Shown one piece after another: positions 28,236 through 40,869 of a stretch of 64,000 bases of DNA. The DNA is from Eledone cirrhosa (taxonomy: Eukaryota). Where the stretch lies: the NCBI GenBank assembly GCA_964016885.1, contig OZ024751.1, positions 11,346,001 through 11,410,000 of the forward strand, given 5' to 3'. The notes under the pieces are model-generated. The model saw nothing but the letters and a program-made list of their open reading frames with translations, did no database searches and was not told the origin of the DNA. How positions within the stretch are numbered: the stretch's first letter is position 1; each line of letters begins with the position of its first letter. The position numbers and the translations under genes were made by a program.

Positions 28236-28777
28236 GTGAGTGTGAGTGTGAATGTCTGTGCGATTGGGGGTTTATATAGCAATTATAGACAATAATATTT
28301 ACAATAACTTGCTGACCGCCCCCTATAATGCTACTACAATTGCGTCATATGCGGGTGCTTGCTGCAAGCATGCATCTATTGTGTAATAAACTTTGCTTAC
28401 ATTTTCCACTACATATGGTAAACATATGTTTCGTCTATGGATTATTCGCCCCTTGTTTTTCTGATTGATAATTTAAGAATATATGAAAATAATAAAAGAA
28501 TATCAAAAATAAAACCAGAAATTTCCACATTTGGTTTCAAGTCGTTGGCAGATTATGGTGTGACTTCTGGTGATATTTAATCGTTATTGTTCCTTTGTCG
28601 CTGTTGTTGTTATCGTTGTTTTTGTTGTTCATGTTGTGGATGTGTTTATTGTAGTTTAATTTAATTTCGTTCCTTGCTTTGTCCTGCTATTTGTAATGTT
28701 GTTTGTTGAGGTAAAAATAGGAAAACGAGCTGAGAATTTCTCCTCTAAATATATTAGTGACTCTAGCAGTTGGCGGC

Positions 28778-30185
<1,408 letters not shown>

Positions 30186-30430
30186 TATTTATTTTTATAT
30201 ATATACACGATAACGGGTTATCATTATAGACACTCCACTTAGATGTAGTCCAGTTAGAGTACTCCGTGTAGTGGATAGTATTAACGGGTGGCTAATTCTG
30301 ACTCAACAAGACGTTTCCATAGTGATGCTGCGAGTTCGCGGTGATTTCTATGTAGTTTATACTTGGAGTAATAATAATTCAAGAAAGAAGAGTGACATGG
30401 TTCGCTATACAATTAGGGCTTTATTCACAT

Positions 30431-30539
30431 TGCTGACAATTGTTTCTTTGATCTGGTAGGTCTAGAGTTCGCTATTCGTCTGATTATGCGCCAATCGACC
30501 TCCAATATTTGTTTATAACCAGTCGTTTTCATCAGAGCA
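30431..30539 (-). ncRNA. Type I hammerhead motif with long, irregular stem II
   Basis: Minus strand reads tgct CTGATGA ... GAA ACAATTGT C agca; palindromic stem III; GUC triplet. Confidence 0.65.
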
Positions 30540-31114
30540 GGCGAAATGAAGAAGATACATAAGGAATGGTTTTTATATAGGTGTGGTATTAAACCAGAAC
30601 AACAATAACAATGCTAAAATATATTAACTAGATAGCAAATAGTTAAAATAATAACATCAATATAAGTAGAGATAGAGTATAATGAGGAATCTAGCATGTT
30701 AAACAAACTGATATGATACAGATGTATGGAATTGACGTGTGAAAACTGCTGTAGGGTACATTAGATATAGTGATGGGGTGGCCACTAGATAACAGTAACC
30801 ACTAAACTGTATTTGGGGACAGGATTTATGAGGTATCTGCTATGTTGTAGGTATCCTGGATATAAACCGGAGATTTACTTTTTATTTGACAGATAAACAT
30901 TTTCGTTTGATTAATTTAGTGATGATGATAGTTTTTATGTGGTGTTAAATGGAGTTGTAGATTCGTTATTTAAGTGGCCTATACTAAAGATAGGGATTGT
31001 TAGTTCGAATCGTGAGGGTTTAGTTTCCACTGCATCAATAATAAATCGTGTATATATATATATGTATGTATATATATATACATATATATATGTATATCTA
31101 TATATATATATATA

Positions 31115-31958
31115 TGTATACGTACATACATATATGTATACAGACGTACAGTAGTATGTATATATATACATACATGCACACATATATATATGCACGTATC
31201 GGTTTACCGAACATTTATTATAATGCTCGGTTTGTTTGTTTGTGCATGTATGTATATATATACATACTAGTGTACGTCTGTATACATATATGTATACAGA
31301 CGTACAGTAGTATGTATATATATACATACATGCACACATATATATATGCACGTATCGGTTTACCGAACATTTATTATAATGCTCGGTTTGTTTGTTTGTG
31401 CATGTATGTATATATATACATACTAGTGTACGTCTGTATACATATATGTATACAGACGTACAGTAGTATGTATATATATACATACATGCACACATATATA
31501 TATGCACGTATCGGTTTATCGAACATTTATTATAACGCCCGGTTTGTTTGTTTGTAAACAAATTAGGCTGCTCAGCCGTTAATATGCATAAGGAAAGTAT
31601 ATACTTTCAGACGTTCAACCATCTGGCAGGAAGGTATACGATGCTGACGATAGCTAATAAGCTTGAAACTAGTACATCGTTCCTGTGTCAGTGTTGAACA
31701 AAAAGGTGACGTGGTGGCCTAAACACTGTGCGGCGTAATTCGGGCTGTTTGTTTGTTTACAAACAAACAAACCGAGCATTATAATAAATGTTCGGTAAAC
31801 CGATACGTGCATATATATATATGTGTGCATGTATGTATATATATACATACTACTGTACGGCTGTATACATATATGTATGTACGTATACATACATACATAC
31901 TTACATTTAAGTAAGTGCCTTGAGAAATAAAATTTCGTTTCATTCTATTCCATTTATA
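31115..31958. mobile_element. Fold-back hammerhead unit whose inverted left arm is triplicated (156-bp period)
   Basis: cagacgtacagtag at 31141, 31297 and 31453; its reverse complement lies at 31752-31890; related to 52471-53190. Confidence 0.8.
31638..31680 (+). ncRNA. Minimal type I hammerhead ribozyme with intact core
   Basis: Stem I acgatg/catcgt; CTGACGA 31644-31650; stem II agct-aata-agct; GAAA 31665-31668; palindromic ACTAGT; GUA triplet ending at 31674. Confidence 0.85.
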
Positions 31959-32010
31959 TATATATATCTATATATATATATAAAACCGCAGACCCTCCAT
32001 CTCAACTCTA

Positions 32011-32046
32011 CTTTTGAAAAGCAGAAGAACTGCGAAACCGGTAAAG
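32011..32046 (+). ncRNA. Minimal hammerhead ribozyme with U3-A8 core variant
   Basis: ctt TTGAAAA gcag-aagaa-ctgc GAA ACCGGT A aag, inside a 130-bp insert between TA tracts. Confidence 0.7.
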
Positions 32047-32123
32047 GAACCAAATAAATGTATATATTAAAAAAAAAATAGGACTCCAGTTGCATTGTAG
32101 ATTTCATCATTTTCCCTTATATT

Positions 32124-32324
<201 letters not shown>

Positions 32325-32371
32325 TTATATAAATATATATATATATTTATATATATATATATATATTTATA

Positions 32372-32513
<142 letters not shown>

Positions 32514-33090
32514 AAAAAAGAAAAGGGAAGGGGAAAAAAAAAAAAAAAAGGAGAAAAAAAAGAAAGGAAAAAAAAAAAAAAAAACTCAAAATAACAAAAC
32601 ACACACACACACACACACACACAACAGAACAACAACATCAACTGCCACCACCACCACCACCGCCACCGCCGTCGCCATCACCATCACCAGCGACCTGGCC
32701 TTAAGAACAACTTTAATAATAATTTTTCTGCTTTTGGCACGGATCCAGCGACTGGCCAGCGCATCACTGGTACTCTCTTTTGTTGACTCCGTGGAGAGCC
32801 ATAACTCTATGCTGTAAAGCAATTATAGTAATACTGGACTGTAATACGATCGGCTTCAACTATACAAACTCTTGAAAGTCAACAGTTGACATAATCTGGT
32901 AATCTTGTATCAGTAATGACGGTAATATATATATATATATGTGTGTGTGTGCGTGTAAGTGAGTAGAGTAGCGTGTGTGTGTGTTTGTTGTGTGTGTGAG
33001 TGTTGCTGTGTGCACGCATATGTATGCGTGTGTGTGTATGTCGTACGTATAAGTGTCAATAAGTAATTTTTTTTTTTTTTTTTTTTTTTT

Positions 33091-33393
33091 GCGCGGGGAC
33101 ATAGAAATAATCGGGCTGGATGCCCGATCGCGCAGTTAAACCACTGGGAGTGAAGAACCCCTAGCCCATGTCAGGGTATTCTTCTAGGAGAAGGCATCTC
33201 AGGAAACTGGGTTAACTCCGATATAAAACCTGCGGCTCAGTAGTTACCGATGATGTTGATCTTTTCTTCTTTTCGGGTTATAGCTACTGTCGCTCAGAGA
33301 GTGGGATTGGTTCAGTGCACAGTCTTTCCTCACTTTAAAAATATTCGTCACGCACAGGCATTGCACGAGTGCATTAATAATTATTAATAGTGT

Positions 33394-33428
<35 letters not shown>

Positions 33429-33433
33429 TATTA

Positions 33434-33464
<31 letters not shown>

Positions 33465-36400
33465 CCCCAATTCAATGATGTTCCAGAACAATGTAAACGA
33501 GATAATTGCCAATTTGGGTTCTGGAACAAAAAAGATCATTGGCAATAAGGGCAGGGGCCCCAAGTTATCACAACCTGGGCCCGCCCGTCATCGTGCCATT
33601 GTAATAGAGCCAAACAGGGCATTTAGTCTTGGCTGCTGGAACGTACGGACGCTGCTTGACAGGGATTCTTTGGAGCGTCCTGAACGAAGGACCGCTCTTG
33701 TTGCGAGGGAGCTTCGACGTTACGATCTTGACATCGTGGCTTTGTCTGAGACGAGGTTAGCTGGAGATGGTCATCTTACGGAATTTTGTGGAGAATATAC
33801 ATTCTTCTGGAAAGGAAGAGATGAAGGAACCAGAAGAGAGGCTGGGGTAGGATTTGCTGTTAAGACTGTACTGGTGAATAAATTGGAAGAATTCCCAGTG
33901 GGGATTAGTGAGCGTCTTATGTCCATGAGAGTTCCGCTGGACAAGGGAAGATATGCTGCCCTGGTGAGTGTGTATGCTCCAACTATGAATTCTGTCGATG
34001 AAGAAAAACTGTCCTTTTACCATGCCTTGAAAGGTGTTTTAAGAAATATCCCTCAGGCAGACAAAGTCATCGTGCTTGGTGACTTTAATGCTAGAGTGGG
34101 TAGGGATTTTAACACATGGAATGTAATCGGAAGGCATGGGGTGGGAAGGTGTAACAGCAATGGTATGCTCTTGCTGCAGATGTGTGAGGAGCTGGATCTG
34201 TGTGTTACCAACACCATGTTCCAACAAAAGAACAAATTCAAGACCACATGGATGCATCCTGCATCTAAGGAATGGCATCTTTTGGACTACGTCCTAGTCA
34301 GGATGCGTGACAGACAGGATGTGCGGTGTGTTCGTGTTCTTCGTGGAGCTGAGTGCTGGACGGACCACCGCCTGGTACGCGCAAAAGTGAATCTAATCAC
34401 CAAACGTAAAATCCGGGCTCCTGGTGTTACCCTGCCCAAAAGATTGAATGCTGCTCGTCTTAAGGATAAAAATGTGAAGAGGACATTGGAAGAAGAGATG
34501 CAGGCTGCAGATCTTGGTGAGGATTGGCCGACCCTTAAAAAGTCGGTTTATGATGTAGGCAGACGTGTTCTGGGATTGGTGCAGAGAAAACATCAGGACT
34601 GGTTTGATGAGAAAGATGTGCATATAGATGACTTGTTGGCTGATAAGAGGCGCGCTCTGTCACGCTACTTGACGGCAAGACCACAGGAGAGGAATACGTT
34701 GCATGAGGAGCTCAGGGATGTAAAATCACGTGTTAGGCGGAGTCTTTCTCAGATGAAGGATCAGTGGTGGAGTGAGAAGGCTGGTGAGATACAAACTGCG
34801 TCTGATTGCAATAACACAAAGCTGTTGTACAGTCTCTTGCGTGAGGTTTATGGACCGTCTTCTTCTCTGGTGACACCGATTCGCAGCAGGGATGGCAAAG
34901 AACTTCTTCGTGACTCACAGGGAATTCTACGAAGGTGGCGGGAGCACTTTGATGATCTTTTGAATCAGCCGTCTGTCGTCAGTGAAGATTTCCTCAATCT
35001 CATTCCGGAAAGTCCTGTGAAAGTAGCTCTCGCAGAGCCTCCGACACTTGTGGAGGTTGCAGTGGCTATTTCGAAGCTGAACAGTGGAAGATCTCCAGGT
35101 ATGGATGGCATACATGCTGAGCTCCTACAATATGGTGGTGAGAGACTCCTGCAACATCTTCACTCTCTGTTTGGAAGGATATGGGCTAATGAATCCGTGC
35201 CTGAGGACTGGAGAGATGCAGTAATGGTGGTCTTGTACAAGGGAAAGGGTAACAGGAATGATTGTGGGAACTACAGAGGTATATCATTGCTTTCTGTCGT
35301 GGGGAAAGTTTTATGTAGGGTGCTTCTGGACCGTCTGCTGACACACATTGCAGATTGTGTCCTTCCTGAAAGTCAATCTGGTTTTCGTGTTGGACGCGGC
35401 ACTACTGATATGATCTTCTCAGCTAGACAGCTCCAGGAGAAGTGCATTGAACAGGGCTTGGATCTGTATCAGGTTTTTGTCGATCTGACAAAGGCTTTCG
35501 ATACTGTCAACAGAGATGCATTATGGAAGGTTCTCCAGAAACTTGGTTGCCCTGATAAGTTCCTTGCTTTAGTTAGGTCTTTCCATGACGACATGAAGGC
35601 TTGGGTTAATGTCGGAGGTAACATGTCGGAGCCTATCTCAGTAAAAAATGGAGTGAAACAGGGGGATATTCCAGCACCGACCCTGTTTGCCATATACTTT
35701 GCAATGGTTTTCTGTGTTGCATTCAGGAATTGCGAGCATGGTGTTTACATCCGATATCGAACCTCAGGCAGCATATTTAACATCAGGCGCTTTGCTGCGA
35801 AGACAAAAGTATTTACATCAGTCATAAGAGACCTCTTGTATGCAGATGATTGCGATCTTGTAGCGCACACAGAGAGTGATATGCAGCACATTTTGAATGT
35901 ATTTTCTGACGCTTGCACTGCCCTGGGTTTGACTGTCAGTCTCAAGAAAACCGTCGTCATGTACCAACCTGCACCTGGTGGGCAGTACACTGAACCAAAC
36001 ATCTATGTGTATGGCAAACGACTTGGAGTGGTTGATCAGTTTGTCTACCTGGGAAGCACTGTCAATCGATACGGCAACCTTGACAGTGAAATCTCACTTA
36101 GGATTAGGAAAGCAAGTGATGCTTTCGGAAAGCTAGAAAGGCGACTCTGGGGTCGGCGAGACATATGCAGGAGGACAAAGGTAAGGGTGTACAGGGCATG
36201 TGTACTCTCTTGTCTTCTTTATGCCTGCGAGACCTGGGTCACATATCGACGCCACCTTAAGCAATTGGAGCGTTTCCATCAGATGTGTCTCAGACGGATA
36301 CATGGCGTTCGCTGGAGGGACCACATCAGTGATGTCGAGATTTTGGAAAGCTCTATGTGTGACAGTATAGAAGCTCTTGTGCTTAAGCAGCGACTCCGTT

Positions 36401-37028
36401 GGAGTGGTCACCTTGCCAGGATGAAGGATTCTAGAATACCAAAACAACTCTTCTATGGAGAGTTGGTTAAAGGAAAACGACCGCCACATAAACCAAAAAA
36501 GAGGTATAAGGATTCCTTGAAGGCCTCTCTGAAAGACGCTAACATCTCTGCTGATACATGGGAAAATATTGCTGCTGATCGTAATAAATGGAGAAAGACT
36601 GTATATGAGGGAAAAGTTGCCTTTGAGGCATCTCGAATCGCACACGAGAAAGTAAAGCGGGACGTGAGGAAGGGTATTGCTGTTGCACTTCCAGACGGCG
36701 AGGGTCCTCCTATGTTTCTGACATGCAGCGTCTGTGCGAGACTCTGCCTAAGCAAAGCTGGACTCGAAAGTCATCTTCGCAGTCATAAAGTAAGACCAGT
36801 GGTTGACTACCAGGCTGCTGTTGGAGATGCTACTCATCATGCTTGCCAAACATGTGGTAGAGAATGTAAATCAGCAGGAGGACTCAAGCGACATGCAAAA
36901 GTACACGAACTCCAACCACAGCCGACTATTCCCAGTAAATGTTTTGGTTGCCGACTCTGTGCAAGACATTTTGGATCATTGGCTGGGCTAAAAAGCCACA
37001 TTCGATCGCAGCACTGTTAGTTGCTATC

Positions 37029-37066
<38 letters not shown>

Positions 37067-37145
37067 GCTTATGTGCGTGCGTGTGTGTGTATATATATAT
37101 GAATATGTATATTATTATTGTTGTTGTCGTTATTATTATTATTGC

Positions 37146-37197
<52 letters not shown>

Positions 37198-37271
37198 TTT
37201 TTTTTATTTTATTTATTTTTTTTTTTTTATTGTGCAATGGCCATACTCGATAACGAGGGGGCAGCCATCAT
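33091..37271 (+). mobile_element. Full-length RTE-clade LINE
   Basis: 5' UTR begins gcgcgggg with a terminal hairpin; single intact ORF; 3' terminal stem-loop ctcg-ataa-cgag followed by gcagccatcat; both ends match short derivatives elsewhere in the window. Confidence 0.92.
33475..37020 (+). CDS. RTE LINE polyprotein: AP endonuclease, reverse transcriptase and three C-terminal C2H2 zinc fingers (1181 aa)
   Basis: WNVRTL, LSETR, GDFNA, LDYV, TDH (APE); NYRGISLL, QSGFR, FVDLTKAFD, GVKQG, LYADD, YLGS (RT); CSVC..H..H, CQTC..H..H, CRLC..H..H; no stops. Confidence 0.95.
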   Translation: MMFQNNVNEIIANLGSGTKKIIGNKGRGPKLSQPGPARHRAIVIEPNRAFSLGCWNVRTLLDRDSLERPERRTALVARELRRYDLDIVALSETRLAGDGHLTEFCGEYTFFWKGRDEGTRREAGVGFAVKTVLVNKLEEFPVGISERLMSMRVPLDKGRYAALVSVYAPTMNSVDEEKLSFYHALKGVLRNIPQADKVIVLGDFNARVGRDFNTWNVIGRHGVGRCNSNGMLLLQMCEELDLCVTNTMFQQKNKFKTTWMHPASKEWHLLDYVLVRMRDRQDVRCVRVLRGAECWTDHRLVRAKVNLITKRKIRAPGVTLPKRLNAARLKDKNVKRTLEEEMQAADLGEDWPTLKKSVYDVGRRVLGLVQRKHQDWFDEKDVHIDDLLADKRRALSRYLTARPQERNTLHEELRDVKSRVRRSLSQMKDQWWSEKAGEIQTASDCNNTKLLYSLLREVYGPSSSLVTPIRSRDGKELLRDSQGILRRWREHFDDLLNQPSVVSEDFLNLIPESPVKVALAEPPTLVEVAVAISKLNSGRSPGMDGIHAELLQYGGERLLQHLHSLFGRIWANESVPEDWRDAVMVVLYKGKGNRNDCGNYRGISLLSVVGKVLCRVLLDRLLTHIADCVLPESQSGFRVGRGTTDMIFSARQLQEKCIEQGLDLYQVFVDLTKAFDTVNRDALWKVLQKLGCPDKFLALVRSFHDDMKAWVNVGGNMSEPISVKNGVKQGDIPAPTLFAIYFAMVFCVAFRNCEHGVYIRYRTSGSIFNIRRFAAKTKVFTSVIRDLLYADDCDLVAHTESDMQHILNVFSDACTALGLTVSLKKTVVMYQPAPGGQYTEPNIYVYGKRLGVVDQFVYLGSTVNRYGNLDSEISLRIRKASDAFGKLERRLWGRRDICRRTKVRVYRACVLSCLLYACETWVTYRRHLKQLERFHQMCLRRIHGVRWRDHISDVEILESSMCDSIEALVLKQRLRWSGHLARMKDSRIPKQLFYGELVKGKRPPHKPKKRYKDSLKASLKDANISADTWENIAADRNKWRKTVYEGKVAFEASRIAHEKVKRDVRKGIAVALPDGEGPPMFLTCSVCARLCLSKAGLESHLRSHKVRPVVDYQAAVGDATHHACQTCGRECKSAGGLKRHAKVHELQPQPTIPSKCFGCRLCARHFGSLAGLKSHIRSQHC

Positions 37272-37280
37272 ATATTTATA

Positions 37281-37362
<82 letters not shown>

Positions 37363-37656
37363 TTAATAAATATATATCTATATATATATATATATATGTA
37401 TGTATATATATTTATAGTTATATATATATATATGTATACATATATATATATATGTATATATGTATACATATATATATATATATATAAATATATATACATA
37501 TATATAAATATATATACATATATACACGTATATATGTTTGTTCGTATATACATATATTTACACATACATACGCACATACTTACATATACACATATGTAAG
37601 TATGCGCGTGTGTATGTGTAAATATATGTATATAGACATACATATATGTATGTGTG

Positions 37657-37696
<40 letters not shown>

Positions 37697-38384
37697 ATCA
37701 GTATCAGCACGGACATCATTATCATCATCACCATCACCGCATCATAATGACCACCATAAACACCGCCACTATTCACCCCCATCATCCTTGTCGTTGTCTT
37801 CCTTGTTAACGTAGATTTCCCTCCTCCTCTCCCTTATTATCAACTCCCCCCTCTCTATACCGGTATCTTCTAACAAGCACCTGCTCTCGTTATGACGACA
37901 CTAATGCAATCTCATGATCAATGACATCTTTCCCACTTTGAACTTCCGCCGCCTCATCTCAAGAACTTTACCAGCATCCTCCATCAGACAAGTCAATCTA
38001 CTATTTATCACCCATTTGTCTCGGTTCTTGCTAACGTATCACACCTCCACCTCATGGCCCATGCTACACCACGCCTGCAATCGTCTCCACCATCATACCC
38101 TCCGTCGTAGACTTATCAAACAACATAAACCTCCCGCCACCCTCTTACATCACATCGCAACAATAACTAACGTAACTGCAACCCCGGTAATACAATCAGC
38201 ACTACTATTACCACCACCACTACTACTTTCACCAGCAATAACACTACACTCCCATCACCACAACAACCACCTACACAACCACCAATCACTGCTAAGTCTA
38301 CTTCCATTACAATCTACTCTAAGACCAAACCCACCTAAAGAAGCACAACATCAACCACTACTACCACCACAACCACCACAACAG

Positions 38385-40100
38385 TAACTCGACCAGCACA
38401 ATTACAATCACCCTACTACCACCCTACTACCACCACAACTACCACCACAGTAACTCCACCAGCACCATTACAGTCCCCCTACTACCACCACAACTACCAC
38501 CACAGTAACTCCACCAGCACCATTACAATCACCCTACTACCACCACAACTACCACTACAGTAACTCCACCTGCACCATTACAACCACCCTACTACCACCA
38601 CAACTACCACCACAGTAACTCCACCTGCACCATTGCAACCACACTACTACCACCACAACTACCACCACAGTAACTCCACCTGCACCATTACAACCACACT
38701 ACTACCACCACAACTACCACCACAGTAACTCCACCTGCACCATTGCAACCACACTACTACCACCACAACTACCACCACAGTAACTCCACCTGCACCATTA
38801 CAACCACCCTACTACCACCACAACTACCACCACAGTAACTCCACCTGCACCATTACAACCACCCTACTACCACCACAACTACCACCCAGTAACTCCACCT
38901 GCACCATTACAACCACACTACTAACACCACAACTACCACCACAGTACCTCCACTAGCACCTTTACAACCACCCTACTACCACCACAACTACCACCACAGT
39001 ACCTCCACAAGCACAATTACAACCACACTACTAACACCACCACAGTAACTCCACTAGCACCATTGCAACCACCCTACTACCACCACAACTACCACCACAG
39101 TAACTCCACTAGCACCATTGCAACCACCCTACTACCACCACAGTAACTCCACCTGCACCATTACAACCACACTACTAACACCACAACTACCACCACAGTA
39201 CCTCCACTAGCACAATTACAACCACACTACTAACACCACCACAGTAACTCCACTAGCACCATTGCAACCACCCTACTACCACCACAGTAACTCCACCTGC
39301 ACCATTACAACCACACTACTAACACCACAACTACCACCACAGTACCTCCACTAGCACCTTTACAACCACACTACTAACACCACCACAGTAACTCCACTAG
39401 CACCATTGCAACCACCCTACTACCACCACAGTAACTCCACCTGCACCATTACAACCACACTACTAACACCACAACTACCACCACAGTACCTCCATTAGCA
39501 CCTTTACAACCACACTACTAACACCACCACAGTAACTCCACTAGCACCATTGCAACCACCCTACTACCACCACAACTACCACCACAGTAACTCCACCTGC
39601 ACCATTACAACCACACTACTAACACCACAACTACCACCACAGTACCTCCACTAGCACCTTTACAACCACACTACTAACACCACCACAGTAACTCCACTAG
39701 CACCATTGCAACCACCCTACTACCACCACAGTAACTCCACCTGCACCATTACAACCACACTACTAACACCACAACTACCACCACAGTACCTCCACTAGCA
39801 CCTTTACAACCACACTACTAACACCACCACAGTAACTCCACTAGCACCATTGCAACCACCCTACTACCACCACAGTAACTCCACCTGCACCATTACAACC
39901 ACACTACTAACACCACAACTACCACCACAGTACCTCCACTAGCACCTTTACAACCACACTACTAACACCACCACAGTAACTCCACTAGCACCATTGCAAC
40001 CACCCTACTACCACCACAGTAACTCCACTAGCACCTTTACAACCACACTACTAACACCACCACAGTAACTCCACTAGCACCTTTACAACCACACTACTAC
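38385..40100. repeat. 55-bp minisatellite changing into a 144-bp higher-order repeat
   Basis: acagtaactccacc unit at 55-bp spacing (38502, 38557, 38612); agtacctcc variant at 39197, 39341, 39485, 39641, 39785 and 39929. Confidence 0.9.
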
Positions 40101-40401
40101 CCCCAGCTAAACTACAACCGACACTGTCTCAAGATGTACCAACACAATCCCTGCCGTCATTGACGCCATATTTGTGTTGTCAATGCGGAGGGGATTTAGA
40201 ATTGGGAAGAGTCAATGAGTTGATGTGACTTAAAAATGAAGATGTTCATATATGTATATATATATATATATTATATAGATGTGTGTATATATATATAATG
40301 TATATATATATATGTGCATATATATATATATGTGTGTGTAAATATATATATATATATACAATATTAAATAAATGGAAAACTATATTTATAAAACCATATT
40401 T

Positions 40402-40465
40402 ATTTCATTATATATATTTCGGGGATATCATATTAACAATATGCTATGCCTTCATCAGACAAAAT
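40402..40465 (-). ncRNA. Type I hammerhead ribozyme with intact core
   Basis: Minus strand reads attttgt CTGATGA aggcatagcatatt..aatatgatatcccc GAA ATATATAT A atgaaat; within a 170-bp insert between TA tracts. Confidence 0.78.
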
Positions 40466-40605
40466 ACAATATAAACAGTTTTATAGATAAATATATTCGA
40501 CATACCGTAATAAACATAAATATAACTTTACATATATATATATATATATGTGTATATATATGTATATATATGTATATATATATGTGTATATATATATATA
40601 TACAA

Positions 40606-40652
<47 letters not shown>

Positions 40653-40869
40653 CAGGGTGGGCGGGGGAATTGGCGGAGAAGGAGGAGATATATTTGCATA
40701 CGATTGTCCACCACCCAACAATATCCTTCAACGTCCCTTGATGCTATAGAAGGTGGGGTGGGTTATGGTGGGATTCTGTGGATGGGCTGTGAGAGCATGT
40801 GTTTCTGTAGGCTTTAGTTTGAAGACGCTCCTGGTATTGATGGCGCTGTCATGGGTGTTGTGATGTGCT

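Noticed and set aside
33091-33210. HDV-like ribozyme in the RTE 5' UTR (known in some RTEs)
   Set aside because: Only a terminal hairpin (gcgcg/cgcgc, atcgggc/gcccgat) is evident; no P1.1/P3/J4-2 arrangement identified
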